Shown: positions 25,456-37,993, counted from the stretch's first letter. The stretch is DNA of 64,000 bases from Octopus bimaculoides (GCF_001194135.2 NC_068984.1:43751731-43815730); one strand, 5' to 3'. Program-made: numbers and translations. Notes: generated by a model not told the origin, from the sequence alone.

Positions 25456-25496
25456 CCAGACTGATGAAGAGCAATAACTCTGAAACTAGTCTCTGG
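25456..25496 (+). ncRNA. Type I minimal hammerhead ribozyme motif, complete core
   Basis: Stem I CCAGA/TCTGG; core CTGATGA (25461-67); stem II AGAG-CAATAA-CTCT; GAAA (25482-85); palindromic stem III ACTAGT; GUC triplet with predicted cleavage 3' of C25491. Confidence 0.8.
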
Positions 25497-25973
25497 GTGC
25501 TGACTTTGATGAGAGGAAGTGCTTATCTCCCCTGTTCGAAAACTTAAGGACACAGATCGCTGTTTCCTGGGGCTAAATAGCAGTAGCATTCTTCCCTTTC
25601 CTGGAACTGCCACTTTAAGTTGGCAACAAATCATTACTTTATCATGCTACTACTGTATAAGTCTCTCTGAGAGATTTAGAAGTGCAATATTTCGATATAT
25701 ANNNNNNNNNNNNNNNNNNNNNNNNNNNNNNNNNNNNNNNNNNNNNNNNNNNNNNNNNNNNNNNNNNNNNNNNNNNNNNNNNNNNNNNNNNNNNNNNNNN
25801 NNNNNNNNNNNNNNNNNNNNNNNNNNNNNNNNNNNNNNNNNNNNNNNNNNNNNNNNNNNNNNNNNNNNNNNNNNNNNNNNNNNNNNNNNNNNNNNNNNNN
25901 NNNNNNNNNNNNNNNNNNNNNNNNNNNNNNNNNNNNNNNNNNNNNNNNNNNNNNNNNNNNNNNNNNNNNNNNN

Positions 25974-26009
<36 letters not shown>

Positions 26010-26772
26010 CATTATAAAATAAAAGCAGGAAAATTACATCAAAAAGTCATCACAGAAGATATACGTCCAAAATAATATTGTAATAATACATAGATGTATA
26101 AATTTATAAAGTATGATTATTTAGAGAGTTTAAAATATCTTACGATCGTTTCATGAACATATGACCTTTCGAAATAGAATTTAAAATTGATAATGATTAT
26201 TAGGTAATACATCCAGACGTCAGAGAGAAGGATGGTGAATTTCCGTGTAGTCAATCTAATGCTATTTTAAAATATATGAAAAAAGACGTTGTTTAAAGAT
26301 GTTATTTAAAATGTTACTGGCATAGATATGCGTTGGTACAATCTTGTGCTAAAGGTCTTGAAGAAATAATATACATCCGTGGTAAAATCCTCTGTGGTAA
26401 TCCATGATGGGTGTGTGTAAATATAAACCCCATAATTCTGTTTTCTTCAATGTGTGATCCATAAATGCAGAAAATAAAAGTAGTTAAATGTTTGCCTTTT
26501 ATAGTTGTATATACAGCATCGCTCTTATTAAATGTCTAAATACCTTGAATGTTTTAGACATTTTCGTACTAAGGGCACTTATTATAAATTCAGTATATTG
26601 AATTTTCATTGAATATATTCGATTAACTATATATATATATATAGTCAATCCAAACAAGAACAAGCAACGAAAAACAACAATGCGAGGACGTGGTACAAGT
26701 ACTGTGTTATTGGACGCTAAGGAAAGGAAATAAAAGAAAGAGGTATATATGTATATATATATATATATAGTG

Positions 26773-26862
26773 GGACCTTGGGCAAGTGTCTTCTACTATA
26801 GCCTTGGGCCGACCAAAGCCTTTTGAGTGGATTTGGCAGACGGAAACTGAAAGAAGCCGATC

Positions 26863-26865
<3 letters not shown>
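26773..26865 (+). mobile_element. SINE-B 5' half (continues at ~27520-27640)
   Basis: ACCTTGGGCAAGTGTCTTCTACTATAGCC.TGGGCCGACCAAAGCC...GGAAACTGAAAGAAGCC is near-identical to 54908-54995. Confidence 0.9.
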
Positions 26866-26896
<31 letters not shown>

Positions 26897-27297
26897 NNNN
26901 NNNNNNNNNNNNNNNNNNNNNNNNNNNNNNNNNNNNNNNNNNNNNNNNNNNNNNNNNNNNNNNNNNNNNNNNNNNNNNNNNNNNNNNNNNNNNNNNNNNN
27001 NNNNNNNNNNNNNNNNNNNNNNNNNNNNNNNNNNNNNNNNNNNNNNNNNNNNNNNNNNNNNNNNNNNNNNNNNNNNNNNNNNNNNNNNNNNNNNNNNNNN
27101 NNNNNNNNNNNNNNNNNNNNNNNNNNNNNNNNNNNNNNNNNNNNNNNNNNNNNNNNNNNNNNNNNNNNNNNNNNNNNNNNNNNNNNNNNNNNNNNNNNNN
27201 NNNNNNNNNNNNNNNNNNNNNNNNNNNNNNNNNNNNNNNNNNNNNNNNNNNNNNNNNNNNNNNNNNNNNNNNNNNNNNNNNNNNNNNNNNNNNNNNN

Positions 27298-27327
<30 letters not shown>

Positions 27328-27330
<3 letters not shown>

Positions 27331-27505
27331 GAGAATTCACGAAGAAACAACAGACGAAGACAGGTGGTGTAAACAGCAAATGGATGTATTAGTATAACGC
27401 TCGGGAATACAGAAAGTCTTTAACGTTTCGAGCCTACGCTCTTCAACAGAAAGGAACGCAGAAAGAAACAAGGAGAGAAAAAATATATGTGTAGTGGTCA
27501 GCAGC
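27328..27505 (-). mobile_element. Short repeat carrying a hammerhead-like motif (Penelope pLTR-like, family H2)
   Basis: An inverted second copy lies at 37994-38147. Minus strand reads CTTT-CTGTTGA-A-GAGC-GTAG-GCTC-GAAA-CGT-T-AAAG. Flanked by (TA)n. Confidence 0.7.
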
Positions 27506-27519
27506 GATCTATCATGTTT

Positions 27520-27640
27520 TATATGTGTGAGTCTGTGTTTGACTCACCCAACGTCATCGCTTGACAACCGATGCTGGTGCGTTTATGTTCCCATAACTTA
27601 GCGGTTCGGTAAAAGAATAATTCCTGGGGTCAATTTCTTC
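27520..27640 (+). mobile_element. SINE-B 3' half
   Basis: CATCGCTTGACAACCGATGCTGGTG.GTTTA.GT.CCC.TAACTTAGCGGTTCGG.AAAAG matches 55062-55105. Confidence 0.85.
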
Positions 27641-28310
27641 GATTAAAACATTATGTGCACAATTTACATGCATGATTTAGAAATGTTTGTATTCAGCAGC
27701 GTAGCAACGGATTTGAACTATTTTAGACATACATAAGAACTTTATTCTGAATTTAACATGTCCGTTATCTAAGCTTTAACCTGCATGCATTTGTAAAGTA
27801 AAACGGTACTTAGGCGGAAAACAATTAGCTCAGATATCTAATGTAAATAGGAACTTGTTTAAACTTAGGTGTTCACTTCATAAAACGTCATATATATATA
27901 TATATATATATATATANNNNNNNNNNNNNNNNNNNNNNNNNNNNNNNNNNNNNNNNNNNNNNNNNNNNNNNNNNNNNNNNNNNNNNNNNNNNNNNNNNNN
28001 NNNNNNNNNNNNNNNNNNNNNNNNNNNNNNNNNNNNNNNNNNNNNNNNNNNNNNNNNNNNNNNNNNNNNNNNNNNNNNNNNNNNNNNNNNNNNNNNNNNN
28101 NNNNNNNNNNNNNNNNNNNNNNNNNNNNNNNNNNNNNNNNNNNNNNNNNNNNNNNNNNNNNNNNNNNNNNNNNNNNNNNNNNNNNNNNNNNNNNNNNNNN
28201 NNNNNNNNNNNNNNNNNNNNNNNNNNNNNNNNNNNNNNNNNNNNNNNNNNNNNNNNNNNNNNNNNNNNNNNNNNNNNNNNNNNNTATATATATATATATA
28301 TATATATATC

Positions 28311-28460
28311 AGAAATGTGTGTAAATTGCAACGTTAACGTCTTTTCCAAAAAGTTTTCATTGAATCTGTCTGACGAATGGGAACCTGAAACTCTGGGTAA
28401 CAGTCTTTGTAATAAGTTTTCAGCTTTAATAAAAGCATATTACTCTACCTTTGACATTCG
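28311..28460 (+). mobile_element. Short repeat with hammerhead motif at 28366-28403 (family H3)
   Basis: CTGT-CTGACGA-ATGGGAACCT-GAAA-CTCTGGGT-A-ACAG. It starts directly after (TA)n and has AATAAAA downstream. Confidence 0.6.
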
Positions 28461-28619
28461 TGTAGTATTTTTTCTACATCATTTTTCACTTACGTGCTCA
28501 CCTGTATGCGCGCGTGTGTGTGTGTGTGTGTGTATTTCCGGCTTTTGGCGAGCTAAATTGTCTCATAGCAAAATATTATATATCTCTTAAGGCAGCAAAA
28601 TAAGTTCATGCGATATTGC

Positions 28620-28700
28620 TGTTTTTGTCATTTAGTTCCAGACCATCTTGATCCAAGTGGTCTGTGATCAAAGGCTCTCTCTTCGTGACCATATTTGTTT
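28620..28700 (+). repeat. Old short dispersed repeat (TTTAG.CC.AG...TGATC.A....C...TGATCAAAGG)
   Basis: Diverged similar segments at about 15350-15420, 29290-29335 and 50295-50395. Confidence 0.35.
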
Positions 28701-30837
28701 TTCCTTGTTGTCAATGTATCTTGGATACGTATATTAATTATTGAATATATTGTTACCATTTTAAGACTCTAGGGAGCGATTTGAGGTAACTTTGGCTGTG
28801 ATTACTAGCTCTCGAACGATGACTAAATTTTACTCTGTTGGCTCGCTTTTTCCTTCGTGTGATATTTAAGAATATAGAATTTTGTAGAGAATACATGATA
28901 TTTTCACTGAGCGAATTTTTTCATGTGCATTCGTATTTACATAATCAGTTCCTCGTTATATTTATATAGACGAATGTACGCACACATGCTGCTGAAAAAT
29001 GTCAATGACCTGACTGTAGATGGAAGCCGAATTGGTTAGATGTTTCCTTGTATATGATTCTATTACAAAATTAAAACAAAAGTGAATGTATGTGTTTTAA
29101 ATCGCTATCACGAGTCTTACACGATGTACTCTGGTTAGGATTAAATTCTCTCAACCTTTATTTCAATATGTAGATCAAAGAATTGTAGCCATGCGTAGAT
29201 TAAAATTCGAAACATACAGGAATTACATAAAAATAGAGAATAGGTCGAAAATTGACCCCAGAAGAATTTAATATTTTCTTAAATAAGCTGTCAGTTATTA
29301 GCGTTTAGCCCAAGACAGCCCTGATCAAACATAGAAACTAACAAAAACAATTCTTGTGGCCTACATTATAAAATGTGTCATTTAAAATGGGTTGCAATTT
29401 CCAGAGACTCCTATTTCTGGTATTTCTTTGAAAGCAGTAAAAAGTCTCGATCAAGTGCTACATGTTCATTTACTAGAAGGTACGATCTAGTTTCAATACA
29501 CTGAAACATACAGATATGTATGTATCTAATATTTTTACAATTCAAAACCATGCACAGCGTAACGATCTGGGTCAATCAATGTTCTGTTTACACTGGATTA
29601 TATTCCAACATCAATAACTAGAGAAATATCCGTAATATTACTCTCAATTCTCAAAAAATCCTTCAAATATATGTTGGTTTCGATTCAGAGCATTCTCTCG
29701 GAGCACTTATCATTCTATTTATCGAGTTAATCCGATTAACAAATTCACCTATTAATTCTTGCCTTCATTATTCCAAGTTTGATGGCTAATTTTGAGGTCA
29801 TTAACTTAAGAATCAGAGATTTATTCAGGATTATTCGTTTAAAGCTTCATATAATGAATTATCCTCGTGGGAAAAATTAATCTAACTTCACGCTAGGATT
29901 AAATATTATATTTCAAGTTACAAGAAATATGAAATTAACAAGCTGTTGTTTAGTTTCCTTTTTTTTAATACAAGGAAATTTTCCTGTTCAGTCATACAAG
30001 CAGAGTAACATCAACCTAATTAGACATTCAGAAGAGACCATATGTATACTTTTAAAACATTATTCTTTGACTGTTATAATGGATAAGGGAGCTGTTAAAA
30101 GTACTGTTACATTTTAAGAGTACATATTCCTCAGTTATATCTAAGTGCACCATCTAACATCTAATGGAATACTTGTGATTAAAGAGTAATTTATTTTACG
30201 TGCGAGTTGAAAGGATGATTTTTTTTCATTTCGTTTCTTCAGTTATATGTTATATATAATATTAAAATGATATTTTGAAATACTATATACATTTCACTAA
30301 GAAATTTCATTTTAATAAGATATAATGTAATTAGCGACTGCAGTGGAGTTGAGAGAAATTCATGTTAATATCCGATTGCAATTATTTCATCTTTCGTGAG
30401 AATCGTTTGAATGTTTCAACCTGTTTTTCTTGATATACTACATAAAAAAAAGACTTGTAATCATCGACGAAGGAGTATCGGCATTTACAAATACCTAAGC
30501 AGAAAATACAGATATTTGACATTCAAAAATTTTACTTTACCAATCTATTAAATATATAGCAAAGCAACGAGGGAATCTCTATGTGGTCGCTCTACTAGCA
30601 ACAAATAACTACTACGTTTCCCTCTAAATACACTCTACAATCTTAGAAAAGAAGGAAACGCCGTAAAATGTATTCTTAGTCGCATAAACATCACAACAGA
30701 AACGGCTTAGAGCGTAGGTGTCTTCAAGCAATGCTGACCTGGAACTAAACAAGAACAAAAGATATAAATAAATTTTTATTTTAAAATTTATATTCACATT
30801 AATATTCTTCTTCATATTTTTGCTCTAAAATAATCTA

Positions 30838-30872
<35 letters not shown>

Positions 30873-30873
30873 T

Positions 30874-31043
30874 ACAAGGCCTGCCTCGATCCCAGTGCTC
30901 AGCTGGTACTTATTTTATTAACCCCAAAAGGATGAAAGGCAGAATCGAACTCGGTGAAAGTTGAACTCAGAACATAAAGGCGGACGAAATACAGCTATGC
31001 TTGTTTGCCCGGCGTGCTAACGATTCTGCCAGCTCGCCTCCTT
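30874..31043 (-). mobile_element. SINE-A
   Basis: CCCAGTGCTCAGCTGGTACTTATTTTAT...GAAAGGC...TTGAACTCAGAAC...GCTAACGATTCTGCCAGCTCGCC. Confidence 0.88.
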
Positions 31044-32095
31044 ATATATAGATATTATATATGGTTGATTTTACAAACTAGATTACACAACATTGATGGT
31101 CTTGTGTATAATGTTTAAGAATAACAGCTGTTAAGTCATATGATTAACAAAAGAGTATACATCTCGTTGTGTATTTCAGGGCAGACAATACATCAAAGAT
31201 AAGATATTTCTTTCTAGATTATTCCTTGAAAGTTCAACCAAAGTAATTCCCAAAGGAATTAGATATTTTATAACATTTACTTGGGTTATTTTAAAACTGA
31301 ACAAAGTGTTCTCCTTTTGCTGAAGTAAATAAAATAAAATCATCAGAATGTATTCCGTAATATATTAATATTCTCTACAAGGGAATAGTTTCATATTTAA
31401 TTTGCATAAACAGTATCAGCCAAGATGAAAGAACCAATCCTTATATAATCTTTATAGTCTGAGTGAAAACACCTAAAGTCCTGGGAATTATTTCGCTACC
31501 AGTGAAACGATTTCCTATGAAAGTATGAATCAGAGTTGTTAGTCTACTGACATATTCAGACATGTAATGTATGTGTTCATATATTGGAAAATTACAAGTA
31601 TAGCGCAGGTCCCGTCATGTCTATGCGTCGATAGTTTTTAAAAAAATCTACGACATCGATCCAATATTTTTTTCCTCGTTTTCATTTTCTAATCAATGAT
31701 AGATTGGTAACGGATCAACATTTCCCATCAAATAAACAAAAGATAGAAAACATAAATCAAGAAAACAAAAGCTCTTTAATAATTCGGCCCGGTGGTTAGC
31801 ATTAGCAACTTGTCAGTTTTGCCAGTATCGATATTGGTTCAATATGCTTATTTCCGGGTGTTGTAGCTCGTAGCTTTATCTTTCTCATCTATATTCTCTC
31901 TACCCACCTCTTGATAGACATTTCTCTTTCTGTACGATTAGTTTTTTTCTACCATAACGGCTTTTTTAATAGATGAAAAAAAAATAGTAGAATAAAATAT
32001 AAAACAATATCTTGAAATGGAAGATGGTATATACGTAACATACTCATCAAATCAACTATTATCTATGCAATGCAATTAACTTTTCCCTGCTCTCT

Positions 32096-32154
<59 letters not shown>

Positions 32155-32569
32155 TCCTACTTACATATATACATACATACAAACACACACACATCAAGCG
32201 ATGTCTTGTACTAGGGCGGAAAGCAGCATTAGCATAACGTCGGAAGTATTACATAATTTTAAAGAAACATTCTTTCTCACTTCATAAAATATACAAATAT
32301 ACTCACTTGAACAAATCAAAATAAGTGAAAGGCATACACATACCATCTTATGCCCTCATCCTACCCTTATGCAGAAAGCAAGACTTTGCATTCCTTCTAT
32401 ATGATTAAGTGTTTTTATTTGACTTAAGCTTAAAGAGTTATATTGATGATCGGCTTTGCATGCAGTGAATCGAATGGTTTTAACCTTTAGAACAGACATG
32501 TCTGTAAATACGCAGCTCGTTACCAGCTAGGTTACCAGAGATACTTTCTATATCTGTTTACACACAAAA

Positions 32570-33172
32570 TCCGAAATTCTGTACATCAACCCATTCACAA
32601 ACACGATAGAGTTGGGACCTACATATCCTGGAAGCTATGCCAACACTATGGAACAACAACAGAAAAAAATATGGTATGTGCACACGCCAGAAAAGGTCAC
32701 AGAAAATGAGAAAGCAAAAAGACTATGCGATATGCCAATACACACAGATAGAGAAATTAAGGCCAATAGACCTGATATAGTTGTCAGAGATCATGAAGTA
32801 AAAAATGCTTTCTAATTGATATATCAATACCAACAGATGACAATGTTTCTTTAAAATAAATGGAGAAACTTTCAAAATACAAAGACCTGGAAATAGAGGT
32901 AACTCGAATGTGGAGTCTAAAAACAGAAACAATTCCTATCATAGTGGGTGCATTAGGTATGATAAAAAAAAGTTCAGACAAATACAAAACAAAAACACCA
33001 GGGCTAACAAATATATATAACATACAGAAAATAGAACTACTAGGCACTGCACACATCTTACGTAAAACACTTTCAATACAGTAAGAGCATCATAGCAAAC
33101 CACAGCACATAACCCAGGCACACAGAACTGCGCTCGGTAGTGAAATGAAAGCACGTTATAAAATAAGATCAT

Positions 33173-33174
<2 letters not shown>
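32570..33174 (+). pseudogene. R4/Dong-clade retrotransposon 3' end (RLE endonuclease domain plus 3' UTR), 5'-truncated
   Basis: HDRVGTYISWKLCQHY..WY.HTPEKVTENEKAK.LCDMPIHTDREIKANRPDIVVRDH..KCFLIDISIPTDDNVSLK*MEKLSKYKDLEIEVTRMWSLKTETIPIIVGALG..LLGTAHILRKTLSIQ*, followed by an (AAT)n tail. Confidence 0.92.

Positions 33175-33230
<56 letters not shown>
33175..33230 (+). repeat. (AAT)n tail
   Basis: About 18 perfect units. Confidence 0.98.
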
Positions 33231-33231
<1 letters not shown>

Positions 33232-33314
33232 TGAAATCTTTGGTTATTTGTAAAGAATAACCGGTAATTAAGAACTATCCGAGAGTCTTTCACGATAATG
33301 ATAATAATAATAAT

Positions 33315-33611
33315 ACATGCCTCCTCTTCGATATGACTGTCTCAATCGACATAAATGTATCTGTCAAGACCTACCAAAAACTGAGCAAGTATAAAGATCT
33401 TGAAATAGAAATTGGCAAAATGTGGAACCTCACGACTAAAATAGTACCTGTTGCCATAGGTGTCCTAGGAATGATAGAAAGAAGGGTTGATTGCTACTTA
33501 TCTCAGATACCAGGAATTCCAAAAATGGAAGAAATTAAAACAAATAGTGCTCATAGAAACTGCTCATCTCCTTCGAAAAATACTGTCTATGTAACCCCCA
33601 AAGCATTTTAA
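33315..33611 (+). pseudogene. R4/Dong-clade RLE C-terminal fragment, different subfamily
   Basis: Begins right after an AAT run: TCLLFDMTVSIDINVSVKTYQKLSKYKDLEIEIGKMWNLTTKIVPVAIGVLGMIE..YLSQIPG. Confidence 0.88.
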
Positions 33612-36014
33612 TCTGTAAACATTGTCAAAAGTACTTTTATATGTACATAATAGCAAAATATCTTTTAGTGCCACACTATCATCTTGTAATAAAATTACTT
33701 TTAAAACAGACTTATAATTTCCTCGTGTTTTGACAGACATTCTCTAGAAAAATGCTCTGTGCAGATGCAAAAATATGGGACTCTAGTCATAACACCAACT
33801 TGAACTTCTGACTTGTTGTCTCTTGAGGTATCTGGGTGAGTCTTGGAGTCAACTTGTACAAATACCAAGCAAAAGCCAAGTATATAATATTAATAATAAT
33901 AGTAATAGTTTTCACCTTATCGGAATAGGTAATTTAGGAAAAGCACGGTCCTATACGTTATATATNNNNNNNNNNNNNNNNNNNNNNNNNNNNNNNNNNN
34001 NNNNNNNNNNNNNNNNNNNNNATACATACATACATACATACATACATACATACATACATACATACATACGTACATACAGGCATACATACATATATAATTT
34101 TATAAAGTATGTTTTACACTTGTATCATCTGCTACATCTATTAAATTTTACCCATTAGCTAAAAAAGCATTTTGATTGCAGACCAGTCGAATTTTAACCG
34201 GTGATTTTGTGTCAAACATATATACAAACACCAGCCGACAGCACTGAATAATGGCGTCTTATACGTAGTAACGGTTCGGGGTTTACAGGGAATGTGTTTT
34301 AAAGAGGAAAACAAGAAAGCAAGTAGTGATTCAAGTTAGTAGGTTACAATCCACGATAGACTGAAATCCTGACAATATAAACTCTGCGGATTATTTTCAA
34401 TGAGAAATATTTGAGGGACAAAAATTCTCACCTACAAAATGTCAGGTAGCTTTTAATCTGACAGTCGACCTTACAGAAATAGCAGTCAAATATCATTCAA
34501 ATCAAATACCAGTGCATTAAATAAAGAATGCACAAAATAATGAAATGCTCACTTTGGGACGCCTTAAATCATAGTGCTGTCTTGTCAGAGATGAACTCGT
34601 GTTAATCAACATCAACAAGTGAATTTATTACTTGCCAATCAAGCAACTGTTACGTGCTTCTTGTCTTGCAAGAAACAGCATTTAAATGTGTCAGAAAACG
34701 TATTCATCATGGTAAAAATAAATGGAAATGTCATAGATTTATTAGTTCCAGATGTTCTTAAAGTGCAAGATGAAAACAGCAAGGAAGACGTTTACATGAA
34801 AAGGACTGACCTTAAGTTATAGAAAAACAACCAGATTTATTTAAATTCAATTGTATTTTATCGTATGCTATCACTAAACAATAATGTCTTTGCATTTTAG
34901 CATTATATATTTGAGTCATTGTTGGAATAATTTTATTATATAGGAGTATCATAGGTGTGTTCGATCGATTAAGCAGCAGAAAATGGGAAAAACTGTATGA
35001 GAGGTAACTTTACAATGTTGATAGATAGTACAATTGCAAATACACAAGAGTGGCGACTTTTGTTTTGCTACTCTGAAGAAACAAGTCTTTTAGTATCAAT
35101 ATAAGAAGCGTGCGTAGACAATAAGTTATTCGAGCAATAGACTACATTATTTGTTTAGTATCTGACAATGTTATGTACAATCTGTTTGATAAATTATGTA
35201 AACATTGCTCATGAGGATATCCTTTTCCGTCGATGAATAGTCGATATAAATCATCAGAATCGTGGAATGAACGTTACTGAGAGACAGTAGTTAGAATAAG
35301 AATTACTAGTATACAGCTTTCGAGTCATTTGGCATTACAGCTTCCATTAACACAGTTTAACTCGTTGATTTATTATAACCATAAATATATTTCTCTCTAG
35401 GCAACATGTAGCTAAAACTGAAAATAACCAGATTCATATTTATCGTAAGGAGATATATAATAAACGTCATTTTAATTAAGTAACCTATATTACGCTGACA
35501 TTAAAAGTAAGGCAAGGCTCATGCTTTGTAAAATCAGTTATCAACAATATACGTTAGAAATAAGATTAAAAACAATTGAAGATGACAGACATAACTGTAG
35601 TGTCAATAAGATGCAACACGGTAGTAGCTGTATCAGAGACAGCAACATAATAGTACTTCTGACAACATTAAAAAATTAATAACTGTGGTAGAATTATTTG
35701 AAAAAGAAAACAACATTAGTATAGAACTAGTAACCGCAAGGACAAGGACAACATTAACAGTAACATCAACAGTTGGTGTAATTCTCTCCCTCTTACTGTG
35801 TATGCCTGTGTGTTTATCTGTCTTTCTGTTTCATATGTATGTATGTATGTATGTAGGGAAGTAGGAAGATATACACTCAGCTTTAATGAATATATTGTTT
35901 TGCTTAATTATATTTCACCAGCGTGACATCAACAACCACACACGGACACACGCACATGTGTGTACGTACGTATGTATGTATAAGTATATACAAACACATA
36001 TATGTATACACATA

Positions 36015-36212
36015 CATCATCATCATCATCATCATCGTTTAACGTCCGCTTTCCATGCTAGCATGGGTTGGACGATTTGACTGAGGACTGGTGAAACCGG
36101 ATGGCAACACCAGGCTCCAGTCTGATTTGGCAGAGTTTCTACAGCTGGATGCCCTTCCTAACGCCAACCACTCAGAGAGTGTAGTGGGTGCTTTTACGTG
36201 TCACCCGCACGA
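36015..36212 (-). mobile_element. 3' end of a SINE/LINE-like element with (GAT)n tail
   Basis: Minus strand reads GGCGTTAGGAAGGGCATCCAGCTGTAGAAACTCTGCC...CATGCTAGCATGGAAAGCGGACGTTAAACGATGATGATG, a GC-rich block ending in a triplet tail. Confidence 0.7.
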
Positions 36213-36510
36213 ATACATGTATACGCATTATATGTTTATGTATGTATATGTGTGTTTGTGTATGTATATANNNNNNNNNNNNNNNNNNNNNNNNNNNNNN
36301 NNNNNNNNNNNNNNNNNNNNNNNNNNNNNNNNNNNNNNNNNNNNNNNNNNNNNNNNNNNNNNNNNNNNNNNNNNNNNNNNNNNNNNNNNNNNNNNNNNNN
36401 NNNNNNNNNNNNNNNNNNNNNNNNNNNNNNNNNNNNNNNNNNNNNNNNNNNNNNNNNNNNNNNNNNNNNNNNNNNNNNNNNNNNNNNNNNNNNNNNNNNN
36501 NNNNNNNNNN

Positions 36511-36722
36511 GTAGTAGTAGTAGTAGTAGTAGTAGTTGTTGTTGTGTTGGTAGTGGTGATTGTTGTAGTGGTGGCGGTAGTGATTGTTGTGACGATGAGT
36601 GGTGGTGCTGGTGATGATGGTGGTGGTGGTGGTGGTGGTGGTAATGGTGGCAGCAGCGGCTGTAGCAGTAGCGGCAAAAATTATCTGCAGCAGCAACAGC
36701 AGCAGTAACAGTGGCAGCAGTA
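36511..36722 (+). repeat. Compound trinucleotide microsatellite (GTA)(GTT)(GGT)(GCA)
   Basis: Read directly from the sequence. Confidence 0.93.
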
Positions 36723-37272
36723 ATGGCCGCTAAAGCCATCAATCGATAAATCATAGCGAACGAACCGACAAACGAACGAACGAACGAACGAACGAACGAA
36801 CAATGAAAGCGAACAAAAGAGTTGCTAGAGAGACTAGTACGAGTGACAAGAGTATACTGGGTACAGTTAAATCGGGTATACTGAATCAGTTAAATTGTAT
36901 AGACCCTGCTAGCGAATTGTCACCTCGACAGATATACAGGAGAGGTCTTGTCATATGACAGGTTGTTCCATCGAAAGACAGACAGGCTGACCAAGAAGAC
37001 TGTTAGTGAGTCTGTTGGATTGCATGACGTCAATGACACACTGGCACATATCAGTACACTGTTTTCTCGACAGCTATTTACACTATTTCACACTTATCAA
37101 ACCGACAACAGTCATTCAAATTGACGACATGCCCAACAGCAATTTACTGATTTACTGAAACGTACGCACACACACACGTATATCCTTATATAATTACTTC
37201 ACAATATTAAGAAAAAAAAACTACGCCCCTACATAGATACATACATGCATGCATACATCCGTACGTGCGCAC

Positions 37273-37327
<55 letters not shown>

Positions 37328-37359
37328 AAAGACGCCCGTTGTATACACACATACACACA

Positions 37360-37520
37360 CATGTTTGTGTGACTGTATGTCGCTTAACAACCGAGGCTGA
37401 TCTGCTTACGTTTCTGTAACTAACCGGTTCGGCAAAAGGCACCGATAGAATAAGTTGTAGGTTTACAAAAAATAAGTCCTACGGTCAATTTGTTCGACTA
37501 AAGACGGTCCACCAGCGTGT
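37360..37520 (+). mobile_element. SINE-B 3' half
   Basis: CGCTTAACAACCGA...CGGTTCGGCAAAAGGCACCGATAGAATAAG...GGTCAATTTGTTCGACTAAAG. Confidence 0.75.
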
Positions 37521-37909
37521 ATACATAATATATATATGTACATATGTATGTATATATTATATATTTTATATCTATGAGCAGTAAAAATGTGGCACGGACA
37601 GATGACGAAATATCATACAGAAGACAAAAGCACACAAAGGACGTGAACACGCTAATCCCTCATCAGATATTGGTCAAAAGTCATCAGAGTTTCGAAGCCT
37701 AATCAGTTTAGTGATTGGGGGTATGAATGAGCGAGCATGTATATATATATATATATATTTATATATAAGCGAACATGTGTATAAGCACACACACATATAG
37801 ATATATAAACATAATTGAAGATAGTGACAATTTGGTATGCATAAATATTATATATATATATGTGTGTGTGTGTGTGTGCCTCTCTGTGTGTGTTTGTACG
37901 TATGTATGA

Positions 37910-37943
<34 letters not shown>

Positions 37944-37993
37944 NNNNNNNNNNNNNNNNNNNNNNNNNNNNNNNNNNNNNNNNNNNNNNNNNN

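Noticed and set aside
25510-25560. Second hammerhead-like string TTGATGA..GAAAACTTAAG downstream of the intact one
   Set aside because: C3 is changed, stem II does not close next to GAAA, and there is no stem I pairing or NUH.
36760-36805. Minus-strand TTGTTCGTTCG resembling the start of miR-375
   Set aside because: It is a (GAAC)n microsatellite; the rest of the mature sequence and the hairpin are absent.
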